A stretch of DNA of 64,000 bases from Eledone cirrhosa (taxonomy: Eukaryota), in the NCBI GenBank assembly GCA_964016885.1, contig OZ024740.1, positions 438,588,001 to 438,652,000 of the forward strand, given 5' to 3'. The notes beneath the pieces are model-generated. The model was not told the origin of the DNA and made no database searches. It was given only the letters and a program-made list of their open reading frames with translations. The position numbers were made by a program, and so were the translations under genes. Positions 30,921 to 44,173 of the stretch are shown piece after piece (positions within the stretch are counted from its first letter, which is position 1; every line of letters starts with the position of its first letter).

Positions 30921-31406
30921 GCACACAAATAAACATACATCTTCACTTCAATAGAAAATCTGAACTCTGACACCCCAGCGAACTAACCATATTCACTGAA
31001 CCAGAACAATTCTCCCAATCCCTTTTCTCTTGACCACTAACTTTCCATTGTCATAACATTCGCTATAAAGACTACAGAATAGTTTTCCAAATAAGGGCGC
31101 AAAAATGTGATGAAAAGTTGTTCACGTGACAGCCCAATTTGATTTATAACCAATCAAATCACCTTTATTAAAAAAAAAAATTAAAAAAAAGCCTTCGTGA
31201 GCCACCTTTTTTTAAAGTAAAGAAATTCAAACACACACACACACACACACGCTCACACACACACAAGCACACAAATAAACACACATATCTTTACTTTCTT
31301 TATTCAATAGAAAATCTGAATTCTGACACCCCAGCGAACTAACCATATTCACTGAACCAGAACAATTCTCCCATCCCTTTCTCTTGACCATTATCTTTTA
31401 CTTATC

Positions 31407-31550
31407 TTTGACGCATAGAGTTACGGCCCTTGCCATTCTGAGTTCAAATCCCGCCGAGGTTAACTTTGCCTTTCATCCTTATGGGGTCGATAAAATAAAG
31501 TACCAGTAATGTACTGGATAATTGCTGGCCTTGTGCCAAAAGTAGAAACA
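31407..31550 (+). mobile_element. tRNA-derived SINE (5'-truncated) with a 17-bp target-site duplication
   Basis: B-box GAGTTCAAATCCC and core gcctttcatcc..ggggtcgataaaataaagtaccag, which resembles MetaSINE/octopus SINE cores from recall. TSD attatcttttacttatc at 31390-31406 and 31551-31567. Confidence 0.85.
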
Positions 31551-31937
31551 ATTATCTTTTACTTATCAAAACATTCTCTAAAAAGGCTACAGAATGGATT
31601 TCCAAATAAGGGCAAAAATTTAATGAAAATTTGTTCACGTGACACCCATAATTTCATTTATAACCAACCAAAAAAAAGCCTTCGTGAGCCTCCTTTTTAC
31701 AAGTAAAAAGAAATTCAAACACTCATATATGAAAAAACAACCTGTGACAACCTCCCCCCTCTTATTTGAAGAACTATTATAACGCGAACTGGCGCGAAAT
31801 TTATTATAATTATTGACAAACCAATCAAATTACTTCTCGAAAAACCTGGCATTTCGAGCCACTTTTTCCATATAAAACAGTAACATTCAGAGACCAACCA
31901 GATGTGAGAAAAACCACAGACCCTCCATCTCAACTCA

Positions 31938-31975
31938 CCTTTTGAAAAGCAGAAGAACTGCGAAACCGGTAAAGG
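31938..31975 (+). ncRNA. Minimal type I hammerhead with U3-A8 core (Neptune-type pLTR)
   Basis: cctt-TTGAAAA-gcag-aagaa-ctgc-GAAA-ccgg-TA-aagg. Copies at 22424(-), 27404(+, A13G) and 54273(+). Confidence 0.85.
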
Positions 31976-32129
31976 AACCAAATAAATATATATATTTAAA
32001 AAAAAAATAAGACTCCAGTTGCATTTTCGATTTCATCTCTTTTTCTTTATACTTTCACTCGTGTAGGACACCTCGGTTATTTTTCATTTTGTAAAAAAAA
32101 CCTCACTTTCTAATATATATATATATATA

Positions 32130-32295
32130 ATATAAGATCAAAAGATGGTTAAAGGAGTTCCATGTATTTTATTATGCGCATTTCAAAAACAAACATCATC
32201 ATGCAATAATATTTGTGTTTTCATCAGATAAAACAGGGGAACATGATATGAAGGCTAAAAAACACTTGTGGATAGTGCAGTTTTAAATCAACATA
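32130..32295 (-). mobile_element. Short family H tail with HHR at 32167-32233
   Basis: Homology to 19690-19860. Confidence 0.8.
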
Positions 32296-32383
32296 TATAT
32301 ACGTACGTATATATAAATATATATATACTTATATATATATATATATACGTATATATACTTATATATATATACGTATAAATATA

Positions 32384-32465
<82 letters not shown>

Positions 32466-32521
32466 TATATTTATACGTATATATATATATACGTATATAT
32501 ATATATATATAAGTATATATA

Positions 32522-32599
<78 letters not shown>

Positions 32600-33032
32600 T
32601 TAAGCTCTAAGAAATACTTCTGATAAAAAATAAAAAAACACATTAGTGTTGATCATAGTTTTTTATTAAATTGTACTGTAATGCCCAGAAGTATTGATTA
32701 CTTCACTAATAATTATTTTATAAATAGTTATTCCGTAATTAATTAATTATTTCATTAGTATAACATCCTTTGTGAAAACAGGTTTATTTTTTGAAGTTCG
32801 GACTGATCTGCTGAAAAGGTTTGAATTTTGAAATTTAAGCTTGTCTAGGCACCGGGCAGTTGCCATTTTACGTCTGTAAGTATAGATTTAATATTTGATA
32901 TTTTCTAGATCGATACAGGCGGACTATATGTACTTAAATTAAGATATTTCTATCTGGCTAAAAAATTATTGTCAATTTGCAAAAAAAACACATTAGTGTT
33001 GATCATAGTTTTTTATAAAATTGTACTATATA

Positions 33033-33064
<32 letters not shown>

Positions 33065-33097
33065 AAAGTATATATATATACGTATATATATATATAA

Positions 33098-33150
<53 letters not shown>

Positions 33151-33861
33151 TATTGAAATTTCCGTTGAAAACAGAAAAGGTCATAGAAGTGAAGAGTGCT
33201 CTATGTAGGTATCAGAGCAAAATTTAATGTATAAAAATCAATACAATATAATTACCTCTTTACCAGAGGTTTCCCGAATGAGGCGAATAGGAAAGAAACG
33301 TCTTCATTCGTTCGTCAGACGAGGCAATATAAAACATGGGTAAATACTTGGAAAGTCTCATCAAGAAAAGCAAAAAAACAAAAAAGATATAGACAAATGA
33401 ATTAGAATATGAAATATATAATAATCTTTCAAGAAATATAGTTAGGTGTGTGTATATGTATGTATATACGCTCACAGATGTGCATATATGTGTATGCACA
33501 TATGTATACGTATAGTGAAAAAGTGTGCGTAAATATATAATTTAGGGCAAATGTATCTGTATGTCTGTAATCTACAGACAGAATAGATACATCATAAGAA
33601 TATGAAGGCACGCGCATAAACACGCCTACACACACGTACACTTAGATGCGGAAGTAAAAGAGGTAAGGGAGTGTAATAATTAAAGGAAAGTATCAATCTC
33701 GATATATTTATAAAAATGGAACAATAAATTTAGAAAGAAAAAATTAAAGAAAAGAAGACAAAAAGGTACATACATACACACACACGTATATCTCACAAAA
33801 GAAACGCAAAAATATACATGCTTATATACACACGCACACTTACACATCCATACGTTCGATA

Positions 33862-33912
<51 letters not shown>

Positions 33913-33921
33913 ACACACACA

Positions 33922-33975
<54 letters not shown>

Positions 33976-34113
33976 TACTTACACTCACGCATATTGACCT
34001 GTTTGCATGCACACGCATAAAAATGAGTAAGTAAAAAAGGGGGGAGAAGAAAAAAGGAAGAAAACATAAAACCTAGATGTAAAAACACGGATATAAAGAC
34101 ACATACACATACG

Positions 34114-34230
<117 letters not shown>

Positions 34231-34643
34231 GCACGCGCGCGCACATACGTAGTCGCTCATGTACATATATAGAAAGTATACACACATTAAGGCGTTCAGC
34301 CACATTGATACAGGGTGTAAAAAACTTGTGGATAAGTAAGTACAAATATAAAATTGTAAGGTTGGCTGCGCAAAAATAAAAGAATAAAAATAAAAATAAA
34401 AAATATATCTGGAGTGGAAAACACAAATGACCATGTAATCGGTTAGTGAAGGAAATAGGGAAGTAAAAAATGGAAAGTGAAAATATTAGGTAAGTGAATC
34501 GGAGAATAAAGGGGGGGGGGTTATTGGTGGATGTGAAGTAAAAATAAAAAAATAAATATAAAAATAAAAATAAATGAAATTAATGATAAGGATAAAAATG
34601 AAAGTAAATCAGAAAGGGTAATTAAAAAGAGAATAATAAGAGT

Positions 34644-36787
34644 TTATGGAGGATAAGTATCTGAAAGTGTGTTAAGTTTATATGAGCTGGAAAGCAGGTG
34701 TGATTTCATGTGTGGGCAACTGGTGAAAATTTCCGTCTTTGTGATCAGGCAGGTGTTTGGTGATTTTAGATTTTCCAATATCCTATATTTTTCTTTTATG
34801 CAGAGCGTGCATTTTCTTGTTCCTCTAGCATATTCTTTAGATTGGTTCAAAATTGACCAATCTAATTTATATTGGATGCCTTGGTCTTTCAAATAACAAA
34901 TTCTGCTAGCCAGAGCTGTTGTAAATCTTTTTTCTGGATGTCGAAAGGATGCGACATGTGAGTAATAACGCGTTTTGAATTTGTCTTGCGTCATACCCAC
35001 ATATCGTTCACTGGTGGCTGGATGGTTGTTGCTGATGGTTGTCACTTTAGCCGCATATACAATGGCTTTGGTGTTGCATTTACCTTGTAATGGGCATTCA
35101 CTTTTGATTCTACAGGAGCAAGTTTAATTTTCTCTAGGTGATATTTTGTTGATGATATAGGACTTAATAGGGGGACCGCAGGAATAGCTAATTTTGACAC
35201 AGTTTCTGTTAAAGATCTTATAGTATCTATGTGTTCTAGGGAAATGTTTATCTAGGAGCTCTAGGAATTTTTTGCCTACATTAGTTTTAACTGCTAGAGA
35301 GTAGGGGGGTGTGAACCAAATTATTTTTCTTTTCCTGTTTTTATGTTTAATAGAGTTAGTATAGTTGGTTATGTATTTAATCGGTTCGCTAAAACCGCTA
35401 TTTTGGAGGGCTTTATTATAGTAGGGGGATGCCTTATTAAAAATAGCTTCTGAGGAAGAGAGGGTGGAGATCCTACGGCTAATATTAGGGATAAGGTTTT
35501 TAAAAACTATAGGTGGATGGCAAGAGCCTTTATTTATATATTTTAAGTTTTCATTAGGTTTATGGTATGGTTTATAAGAAGCAGTAGGCAAATCTAGGTT
35601 TATATCTAGGAAATCTACATTGGAAAGGTTAGTGTCAATAGTAATTTTAAGATTAAAACTAGCGAAGGTTTTTATTAAGTCTTTCCTTAATCTATCTAAG
35701 TTATGGCCTATGGTGGTATGAGAAAGTATTAGACCATCGTCGCAATAAAGCCCCAAAATATGGTTAGGAAATTTTTCTTTAAGTGTATGTAGGAGGAATA
35801 GGCCGACCAGATCACAAACATCAGCACTGTCGTAAGAGCCCATTGAGACATCGAATGGGTTCTCTGGGTTAGATATTTTTACCCAAGTGTCATTATCATT
35901 AAAAAGTAGACTGTTTCTAGCGTGCAAGATGACATTCTCTTCAATATCGGAGATATTAGTAAACCCTCTAGCGAAATTTAAAGCTTTCGCTAAAAGGGTC
36001 TGAGTGATAGATGGGTAGAAATCTACAATGTCAAATTGGGTGAATCTAGAACTATTTTTGTTTTTAATATTATTAAACCAATGTACTACGGAAGAGCTAT
36101 TTATCCATTGGAGTAATTTAGACTTCCTTCTAATGTGTGTATTTAATTTATTTAAAATTTTTTTTGCTGGCAAGACCAATATCAGTCTTAGCAGGGTTGA
36201 TTACTCTACAACTAGGACGATTAATAAAGTCGGGTTTATGATCTTTAAGGGTGATGTACGCACGCAGAACGTTTAGCAAGTATTTCTGTCCTATTATCTA
36301 TTTTTAAAGAAACAGCTAATTCTTTAGCTTCCTTATTTATATTATGATACGTATTTATATTAGCTATTTGGTATTTAGAGGTGATATTATCTATTAATAG
36401 TTGGTCGTGTAAATTATTATTAACTTCATATAGGTTTTTAGTTTTATCGGAGAAGATGAACTTATTATTAGAAGATTTGAAAGTTGAAATATCATTAGAT
36501 AGTTTAGATTGAAAAGGGTTAGAGTACTTACGAAAATTGATATTGTTGATTAGGTTAACTAGGTCTAATTCAAAGGCGGTCATATCTTTTACTCTTTGCG
36601 GGTATTTGTGAGTTTTGATGTCAAAATATTCCGTAGAATCCGTGTTAAAGTGTCCATTGAGAATCAAAGCTTTCCATCTCATTCTTTTAACAACCTTCTC
36701 TACTTTGTCTATCAGTATTTTTGTGTAGAGAGTGTTAGAATGTGTTGGGATATTCTTTACAGAGTAGTCCAAAGGGTATCTATCCAT
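34644..36787 (-). pseudogene. PLE RT plus GIY-YIG polyprotein, frameshifted
   Basis: Motifs YSVKNIP, SDKTKN, QFDIVDFYPSI, VSMGSYDSA, GLYCDD, FLDINL, YVGMT..FKTRYYSH, CTLC and CPH. Confidence 0.9.
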
Positions 36788-37006
36788 GTTCAGTATTGGT
36801 TTAAAATCATATGACTAAAGAGTGCTCGACTTTAAAAGGGCTGGAAGGTGCCAATCTTATAAAGATGTAGAATGTGCTGCGATAATTCCCTTGGGAACTG
36901 TATAAGTATTGAAATTTCCGTTGAAAACAGAAGAGGTCATAGAAGTGAAGAGTGCTCTATGTAAGTATCAGAGCAAAATTTAATGTATAAAAATCAATAC
37001 AATATA

Positions 37007-37084
37007 ATTACCTCATTACCAGAGGTTTCCCAAATGAGGCGAATAGGAAAGAAACGTCTTCATTCGTTCGTCAGACGAGGCAAT
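37007..37084 (-). ncRNA. Type I hammerhead (family O 5' pLTR)
   Basis: attgcctcgt-CTGACGA-a-cgaatga...tcatttg-g-GAAA-cc-tct-gg-TA-atgaggtaat, with a 10-bp stem I. Confidence 0.82.
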
Positions 37085-37672
37085 ATAAAACATGGGTAAA
37101 TACTTGGAAAGTCTCATCAAGAAAAGCAAAAAAACAAAAAAGATATAGACAAATGAATTAGAATATGAAATATATAATAATCTTTCAAGATATATAGTTA
37201 GGTGTGTGTATATGTATGTATATACGCTCACAGATGTGCATATATGTGTATGCACATATGTATACGTATAGTGAAAAAGTGTGCGTAGATTACAGACATA
37301 CAGATACATTTGCCCTAAATTATATATTTACGCACACTTTTTCACTATACGTATACATATGTGCATACACATATATGCACATCTGTGAGCGTATATACAT
37401 ACATATACACACACCTAACTATATTTCTTGAAAGATTATTATATATTTCATATTCTAATTCATTTGTCTATATCTTTTTTGTTTTTTTGCTTTTCTTGAT
37501 GAGACTTTCCAAGTATTTACCCATGTTTTATATTGCCTCGTCAGACGAACGAATGAAGACGTTTCTTTCGTATTCGCCTCATTCGGAAAACCTCTGGTAA
37601 TGAGGTAATTATATTGTATTGATTTTTATACATTATATATATAAGTATATATATATACGTATATATATATAC

Positions 37673-37816
<144 letters not shown>

Positions 37817-38106
37817 TCAGGTTATCAATAATGTAGTGATAATATATCGTTACGTTAGAGATGAACAGCGTATTATAATTAATACTACTGCACCAAATGA
37901 CCAGCCCTGTCCACTGTCCAGTTGGTCAAGTAGAGATTAAAATTGGCACTCCCAAAATTCTTATTTAGATTTACTCATGGTATTCTCATTAGAAACCCAT
38001 TATATACTTGTTTAGCAGTAAATTAATTTACAATCTGTCATATACTATCCCCTCTGTTCCTACCTCTTTTACTAATATAAATACTTCAATTTTTCTGATT
38101 TTATCC

Positions 38107-38246
38107 AATTTATCCAAAATCTCTGAAGAAGTGACAACTGATTATACATTTGCTATCGAATACTTGCTAACATTATATGATTACGCAAGCAGCGATACAT
38201 AGGTATTCGGTCTGTTACAGAAACATATGTCAATACCTAATAAATT
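38107..38246 (+). ncRNA. Atypical hammerhead-like motif lacking a proximal stem I (copy at 41234-41373)
   Basis: CTGAAGA-a-gtgaca.actga...tcggt.tgttac-a-GAAA-catatg-TC. The downstream aataccta is complementary to taggtatt within the stem II region. Confidence 0.55.
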
Positions 38247-38447
38247 CCTTTTTTAACAAAAAGCACTTTCATTTTATATTCATCCTTTCTACATTTTCTC
38301 CGGAATATAATTTATACTCGTTGAGCAAACCTGCACGTACGCTGTTCATCTCTAACGTAACGATATATTATCACTACATTATTGATAACCTGAAATGTTA
38401 TTAATCTCCTATACAGTTGAGCAACTAATTCAGCATACGCCTCTAAA

Positions 38448-40776
38448 ATGGAAAGGCACCAATTGGATATGTCGTTAAAAAACATACCTATTCAGGCAAA
38501 AAGGGAATATATTCTAGGTATGATACGAAGGACCAATGATTTTATTCGACGAATCAGATGGAAAACATTCCATTTTGACAAAAGCCGTATAAACCAAACA
38601 TCGGATCTTAACAAGGATAAATTTGGATTTAAATCTTACAAGAACCCACCCTCAAACCCACTTTTGGATGCATTTGAACAAGACCTAATGGATATGATCA
38701 TGGAGATCAAATTTACAAAACGGAAGAACAATAAACTACAGAATGACATCACGGCACTGCTCAATAATCTAAAAAACGCCAATGGAATTATTGTTAGAGC
38801 AGACAATACATCAAACGTATATACCATGGATGTGGACACTTACAATAACTTCATCCGTAAGGAATTGCATAAAAAATACAGGAAAACTAATGAAGCTACA
38901 CTTAAAAACATCAACAACTCGGCATGTGATATTGTTAAAAAACTTTGTATTGACGATAGAACGCAACCCTTAACACCAGCTATACCATCCTTCAACCTGA
39001 AGGACCACAAGGTAAACTTCGATACTAACCCTAATATTAGACTTATATGCCCCTCTAAATCTGATATAGGCAAAATTAGCAAATATATACTAGACAGAAT
39101 TATCCCCCAAGTTAAGGTTAACGTAGAGATTAAACTATGGGGTAACACTCATGAAGCAATAAGATGGTTTAATAACATTACTGATAAGAAAAAATCAAAA
39201 TTTATTCAGTTTGATATTGATGAATATTATTCCTCAATTTCACCTGATACTCTACATGAAGCTCTTTCGTTCGCTAAGGATAATTCCGACCTTACGGATG
39301 CTGAAATTAAAATTATTATGGAAGCGAGGAAAACTATAGTTAAATTCGATGATAGCTACTGGGTTCGCAAAGATAGACCTTCTAATTTTGATATCACTAT
39401 GGGTTCTAATGATTCGGCGGAAGTAACAGATCTTGTGGGAATTTATATCACCCACAGATTACAAGGAAAATTCAAGGATCTCCACGGTGGAATCTACCGT
39501 GACGATGCGCTCCTATTAGTTAAGCATATGAATAACCAGAATTTAGAAAGGATGCGTAAAAATATCAGAAAGCTTTTTAAGGAACTAGGATTAAATATTA
39601 CATTTGAATATAACCTCAAAGAGGTCAATTTCCTTGATGTTACTTTCAATCTCAATACAGATACGATTAAACCGTTCCATAAACTAAATGAGAACCTTAA
39701 ATATGTAAATACGAGTTCTAACCATCCACTCTCTATAATTAAATCCATCCCTAGAAATGTTTCTCTTAGGATCTCCTGCCTGTCGTCCAACCAACAAACC
39801 TTCAAAGAACATGCCGAGTATTATGATGATGCACTTAGGAAAGCCGGTCACCTAGATAATATAGAGTATATAGAGTATATAGAGTATATAGTCAAAGATC
39901 ACCAAAACACCCACATAGGAGTAGAAATAGCACAGAATCACCACCATACATACACTACCGCAATAGACACAATAATAGTCGCACACCACCAAACAGAAGG
40001 CGATGTAAGGAGTATATTTGGTACAACCCGGTCTATAACAACTCTATTAAAACCAATCTACCCTCAAAATTCTTTCGATTAGTTAAAAAACACTTTCCAA
40101 CATCACATAAATATAATAAAATCTTAAACCCTAACACTATTCGACTTTCATATTCAACCGCCCCTAATATTGAACAACATATAAAAAAGCTTAACGCAAA
40201 ACGGTTGTATAAACGCCTTCCAACACATAACAATACACGTAAAACATTAGCTATAACATCACAAAACAACAAACAACATCCTGTCCTACATAAGCAACCT
40301 CATCAACCCATCCATGGCAATACAACAACGCAAAATTATAATTGCAACTGTGTCCAACCAGGAATGTGTCCGTTGAACAATCAGTGTCTTGAACGCAACA
40401 TCGTATACAAATGTACTATCGAATCGGATAGACAGAAGTGGTACTATGTGGGATCTACAGCCACCTCCTTCAAATCACGCCTTTATAGACATCGTTACTC
40501 GATAAAACATGAAAACCAGCGTTATGTAACAACACTCGCAGACAAGGCTTGGCAGCTGCGTGAAAATAACCAACAATTTCACCTAAAATGGGATATAATA
40601 GCGACTGCCCCCCCACCATAACCCATGGACAGGAATTTTGTAAATTATGTAATGTAGAATTATTTTGTATTATGAAATCCAAAAACATTTTATTAAATAA
40701 CAGAATAGAGCGATCGTTATACTGTAACCATCGCTTAAAATCTACATTTTCATATTATAAATACTACCAGGATTGA
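38448..40776 (+). pseudogene. PLE RT plus GIY-YIG polyprotein with frameshifts near 39.9-40.0 kb and 40.6 kb
   Basis: Motifs SLKNIP, IQFDIDEYYSSI, ITMGSNDSA, GIYRDD, CNCVQPGMCPLNNQC, YYVGST..FKSRLYRH, CKLC and CNH. Confidence 0.92.
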
Positions 40777-41413
40777 ACGCCTGTTTCTATCCCCGTTTGA
40801 TTGTCAAAATAGATATTAACATTCTTTATTAGTCTTAATTCTATCAACTCTTCTATTATTTACCTTTTAATACAAACTGCTATAGATAAAATGAGATTTC
40901 TGATTTCTTGATTCAATTCCCTAATGCATATACCAGCTGGCTACTAGCATTGATGTTATTTAGTAGCAATCGAAATCTCCCCCTTCCCCAATTGACACTT
41001 TATAATTAATACTACTGCACCAAATGACCAGCCCTGTCCACTGTCCAGTTGGTCAAGTAGAGATTAAAATTGGCACTCCCAAAATTCTTATTTAGATTTA
41101 CTCATGGTATTCTCATTAGAAACCCATTATATACTTGTTTAGCAGTAAATTAATTTACAATCTGTCATATACTATCCCCTCTGTTCCTACCTCTTTTACT
41201 AATATAAATACTTCAATTTTTCTGATTTTATCCAATTTATCCAAAATCTCTGAAGAAGTGACAACTGATTATACATTTGCTATCGAATACTTGCTAACAT
41301 TATATGATTACGCAAGCAGCGATACATAGGTATTCGGTCTGTTACAGAAACATATGTCAATACCTAATAAATTCCTTTTTTAACAAAAAGCACTTTCATT
41401 TTATATTCATCCT

Positions 41414-41454
<41 letters not shown>

Positions 41455-41458
<4 letters not shown>

Positions 41459-42002
41459 ATTAAATAAATGGAAACTATATTTATAAAACCATATTTATTT
41501 CGTTATATATATTTCAGGGATATCATATTAACAATATGTTATGCCTTCTTCAGACAAAATACAATATAAACAGTCTTATAAATAAATAGATACGACATAC
41601 CTTTCAATCACCTTGCATTTGGAGGTTGATTTGTCTCTATTTAGTCACATGCATTTTTTCTTTTTCTTCGTTTCTCTTTCTTTCTCTCTTTATCCCTTTC
41701 TTTTTACAACTGTCCACAATATTTTTTACTGCCAAATCAACCTCCCAAATGCAAGGTGATTGAAAGGTATGTCGTATCTATTTATTTATAAGACTGTTTA
41801 TATTGTATTTTGTCTGAAGAAGGCATAACATATTGTTAATATGATATCCCTGAAATATATATAACGAAATAAATATGGTTTTATAAATATAGTTTCCATT
41901 TATTTAATATCATAAATATACTCCAAATACTTGTTGAGTGCTTTTATATCAGTTATAAATATTTACTCGTTGTTAACCCAACAATTTAAATATAACTTTC
42001 CA
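41455..42002 (+). mobile_element. PLE-like tail, family Q, with an inverted copy; HHRs at 41496-41561 (-) and 41806-41871 (+)
   Basis: About 41455-41635 is inverted at about 41733-41913. HHR reads tattttgt-CTGAAGA-agg..cct-GAAA-tatata-TA-acgaaata. Confidence 0.85.
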
Positions 42003-43867
42003 TATATATATATATATATATTCGGACTTCGACGAAACTCTACGGATTATACCATAACATGTATTGTACTGCACTGTATTAACTAAATTGGCTACCCTAT
42101 ACTTCAGGGCATGTATAACTCACACTGAATTCCCAGACTCGAACACACACTGATTCCATTTCCACATCTATATGCATTATTTGACTGCAACTTGAACTAT
42201 ATTGTATTTCTCCTGTGTCTTGAATTCTCCATTTACTCCACCTCCACTCTTGTTTGTTTATTTATATCTTTATATCTTTATTTGCTGTATTGATGCTTTT
42301 TCCACGTATTCTACTTCTATACATCCATGTACTTTTTACTTCCCTTTTCGGACTTTTACTCGCGTGTACCCTTAGCATACGACACTGGAATGTCTCCCCC
42401 TGGGTACATAAATACTGCAACTGAACTATATTGTACTTCTATGTCTTGATTTCTCCATCTTACTCCACTACCACTCTTGTTGGTTTATTTACATATTTAT
42501 ATTTATATATTTATGTATTTATACCTTTGCTTTATCAATGTGCTTTTCCACGTATTCCACTTCTATGTATCCATGTATTTCTACTCCTCCTATTGGGACT
42601 TTTGCTCACCTGTACCCATTAGCACACGACACTAGAATGTCTCCCCCTGAGAACAAAAATAAATATTACCCGATAATATCCCTTACTCTACATCCCACTA
42701 GGATAAATTATAGAAGATCTACATAATACAATTAACGTTTCTTCATAAAAGACTCTCTTTAACTAAACCCCGCAACCCAAAACCTTAAAAAAGTTTGTTT
42801 AAATGTTTAATTTTCAATTTTCTGTTTGTTCAATTCTCAATCTTTTTACTCTTTAATTTTATAATGTTATTCTGAATTCTTTCAACTTCATCCTATAAAT
42901 TTAAACAATATTTTAACGTTCCAACTTTCTGTCGGACTGTTGGGTTGGTTTTCCTGGCGGCGGGACCGGCCCCCTGGCGCATAGTTTGAATACTTGGAAA
43001 AATAAATTTCCCCTTCTTTCGGTAAATAAAACTACTCGGAGTGGCTTGATTCGCCCCAGGGGCCCGGCTCGCGGCCGGTTTTTTAACCGCCACATAGTAC
43101 CTTTAAATTACAGATCAAATCAGAACTATTAGATATATCAACCTTAAAATGTTAAACTATTTAACTTTAAATTTTCTAATTTCTTTAATATTAAATATTA
43201 GTTATTAATTTTTAACTTCATCCTGTAAGTCTAAACAAAAATGTAACGTTCCAATCTTCTGCTCACACATTATAACACACTGACCCCCACTATATTTACC
43301 TCTGCTAAGATACGGGTCCCTGTGAACATTTTTTCGCGCCACTCCTGGCCTGACTGTAGTCTGACATTAATATCGACCTTTCTTCCTCTTTCTTTCTATC
43401 TTTCTTCTTGTAGCCATCAACCTTGACTTTTCTACTTCTTCCTTTTCTTCCTTCTCTTCTCCCTTCTTTCTGTCTTCCTCCCGCAGACTTATCATCCTTC
43501 CCCTTTTTGTTTGCCTATATTTGACCGGTAGTAGTTGTTAAGATACGGGTCCCTTAGATTAAAAAAATTTCTTCGCGACAATCCTGGCCTGACTGTAATA
43601 CCGACCGTTCCTCCTCTTTCTTTCTGTCTTTCTTCTTATAGCTGACATTAACCCTGGCTTCTCTTCTTCTTCCTTCCCCCTTCTTCTCTCTTCTTTCTTT
43701 CTTTCTTTCTTTTTTCTTGTGGCATGATATTAACGCTAACTTATGTTCCCATCCCTTTCTATTTTCCTTTATTTGACTGGTAGTAGCACACTGTAAGCTT
43801 TAGCCACGTCACTTGAGGGCGACCGGCAAAGATAGAAGGTGCTGGATCGCGGTCGCCCTCGGGTCCT

Positions 43868-44173
43868 TGATTTTCAACCCCATGGATTTTATCTATTACA
43901 TTCACGTATTATATTTCGAATACCTGATGATATCACCGGATTCATACGGAACCCGGTCACTGAAATGATCAGAGTATAATAAACCTTTCAAGGATTTACA
44001 CAGATCCAGCCTCCTGTCATTTTATTATAATATTTAACTCCGTACTAGCACCACCAACTACAAAAACAAAGACGGTTGAACTGCTTTACGTTGAGTACTC
44101 TCTATATTATTACATTGCGATTGACTATACGGAATTGACCAGCTCTATCCAGTGGTGAACCTCAAACCTGAAT
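43868..44173 (+). mobile_element. Family N tail with HHR at 43920-43977 (cleavage-site U mutated to G)
   Basis: Homology to 27768-28070. Confidence 0.8.

Larger units (their letters stand above)
28193..32113 (+). mobile_element. Longer 5'-truncated copy of the Neptune-type PLE, degraded, with tandemly duplicated 3' UTR segments
   Basis: ORF pieces 28222-28731 ([11 protein letters not shown]), 28744-29610 (LYGLPKIHK, LRPIVAG, RYLDD) and 29749-30372. Carries stops and a deletion near 29606. Ends ctcactttctaa(TA)n. Confidence 0.92.
37873..41418 (+). mobile_element. Full-length PLE, family P (paralog of family I)
   Basis: pLTRs at 37873-38291 and 41000-41418 are direct repeats offset by 3127 bp. 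The ORF lies between them and the element ends in (TA)n. Confidence 0.93.

Noticed and set aside
31440-31452. tRNA gene suggested by the B-box GAGTTCAAATCCC
   Set aside because: No cloverleaf or A-box. It is part of a truncated SINE with a TSD.
32745-32850. Possible degenerate HHR (CTGAAAA...GAAA on +, CAGCAGA...GAAA on -)
   Set aside because: The core is mismatched and the stems are weak.
41455-41913. MITE/DNA transposon with terminal inverted repeats (also 27598-27930 and 54146-54383)
   Set aside because: The arms are asymmetric, contain HHRs, and one arm extends to a PLE-type 3' end. They are better explained as inverted PLE tails.
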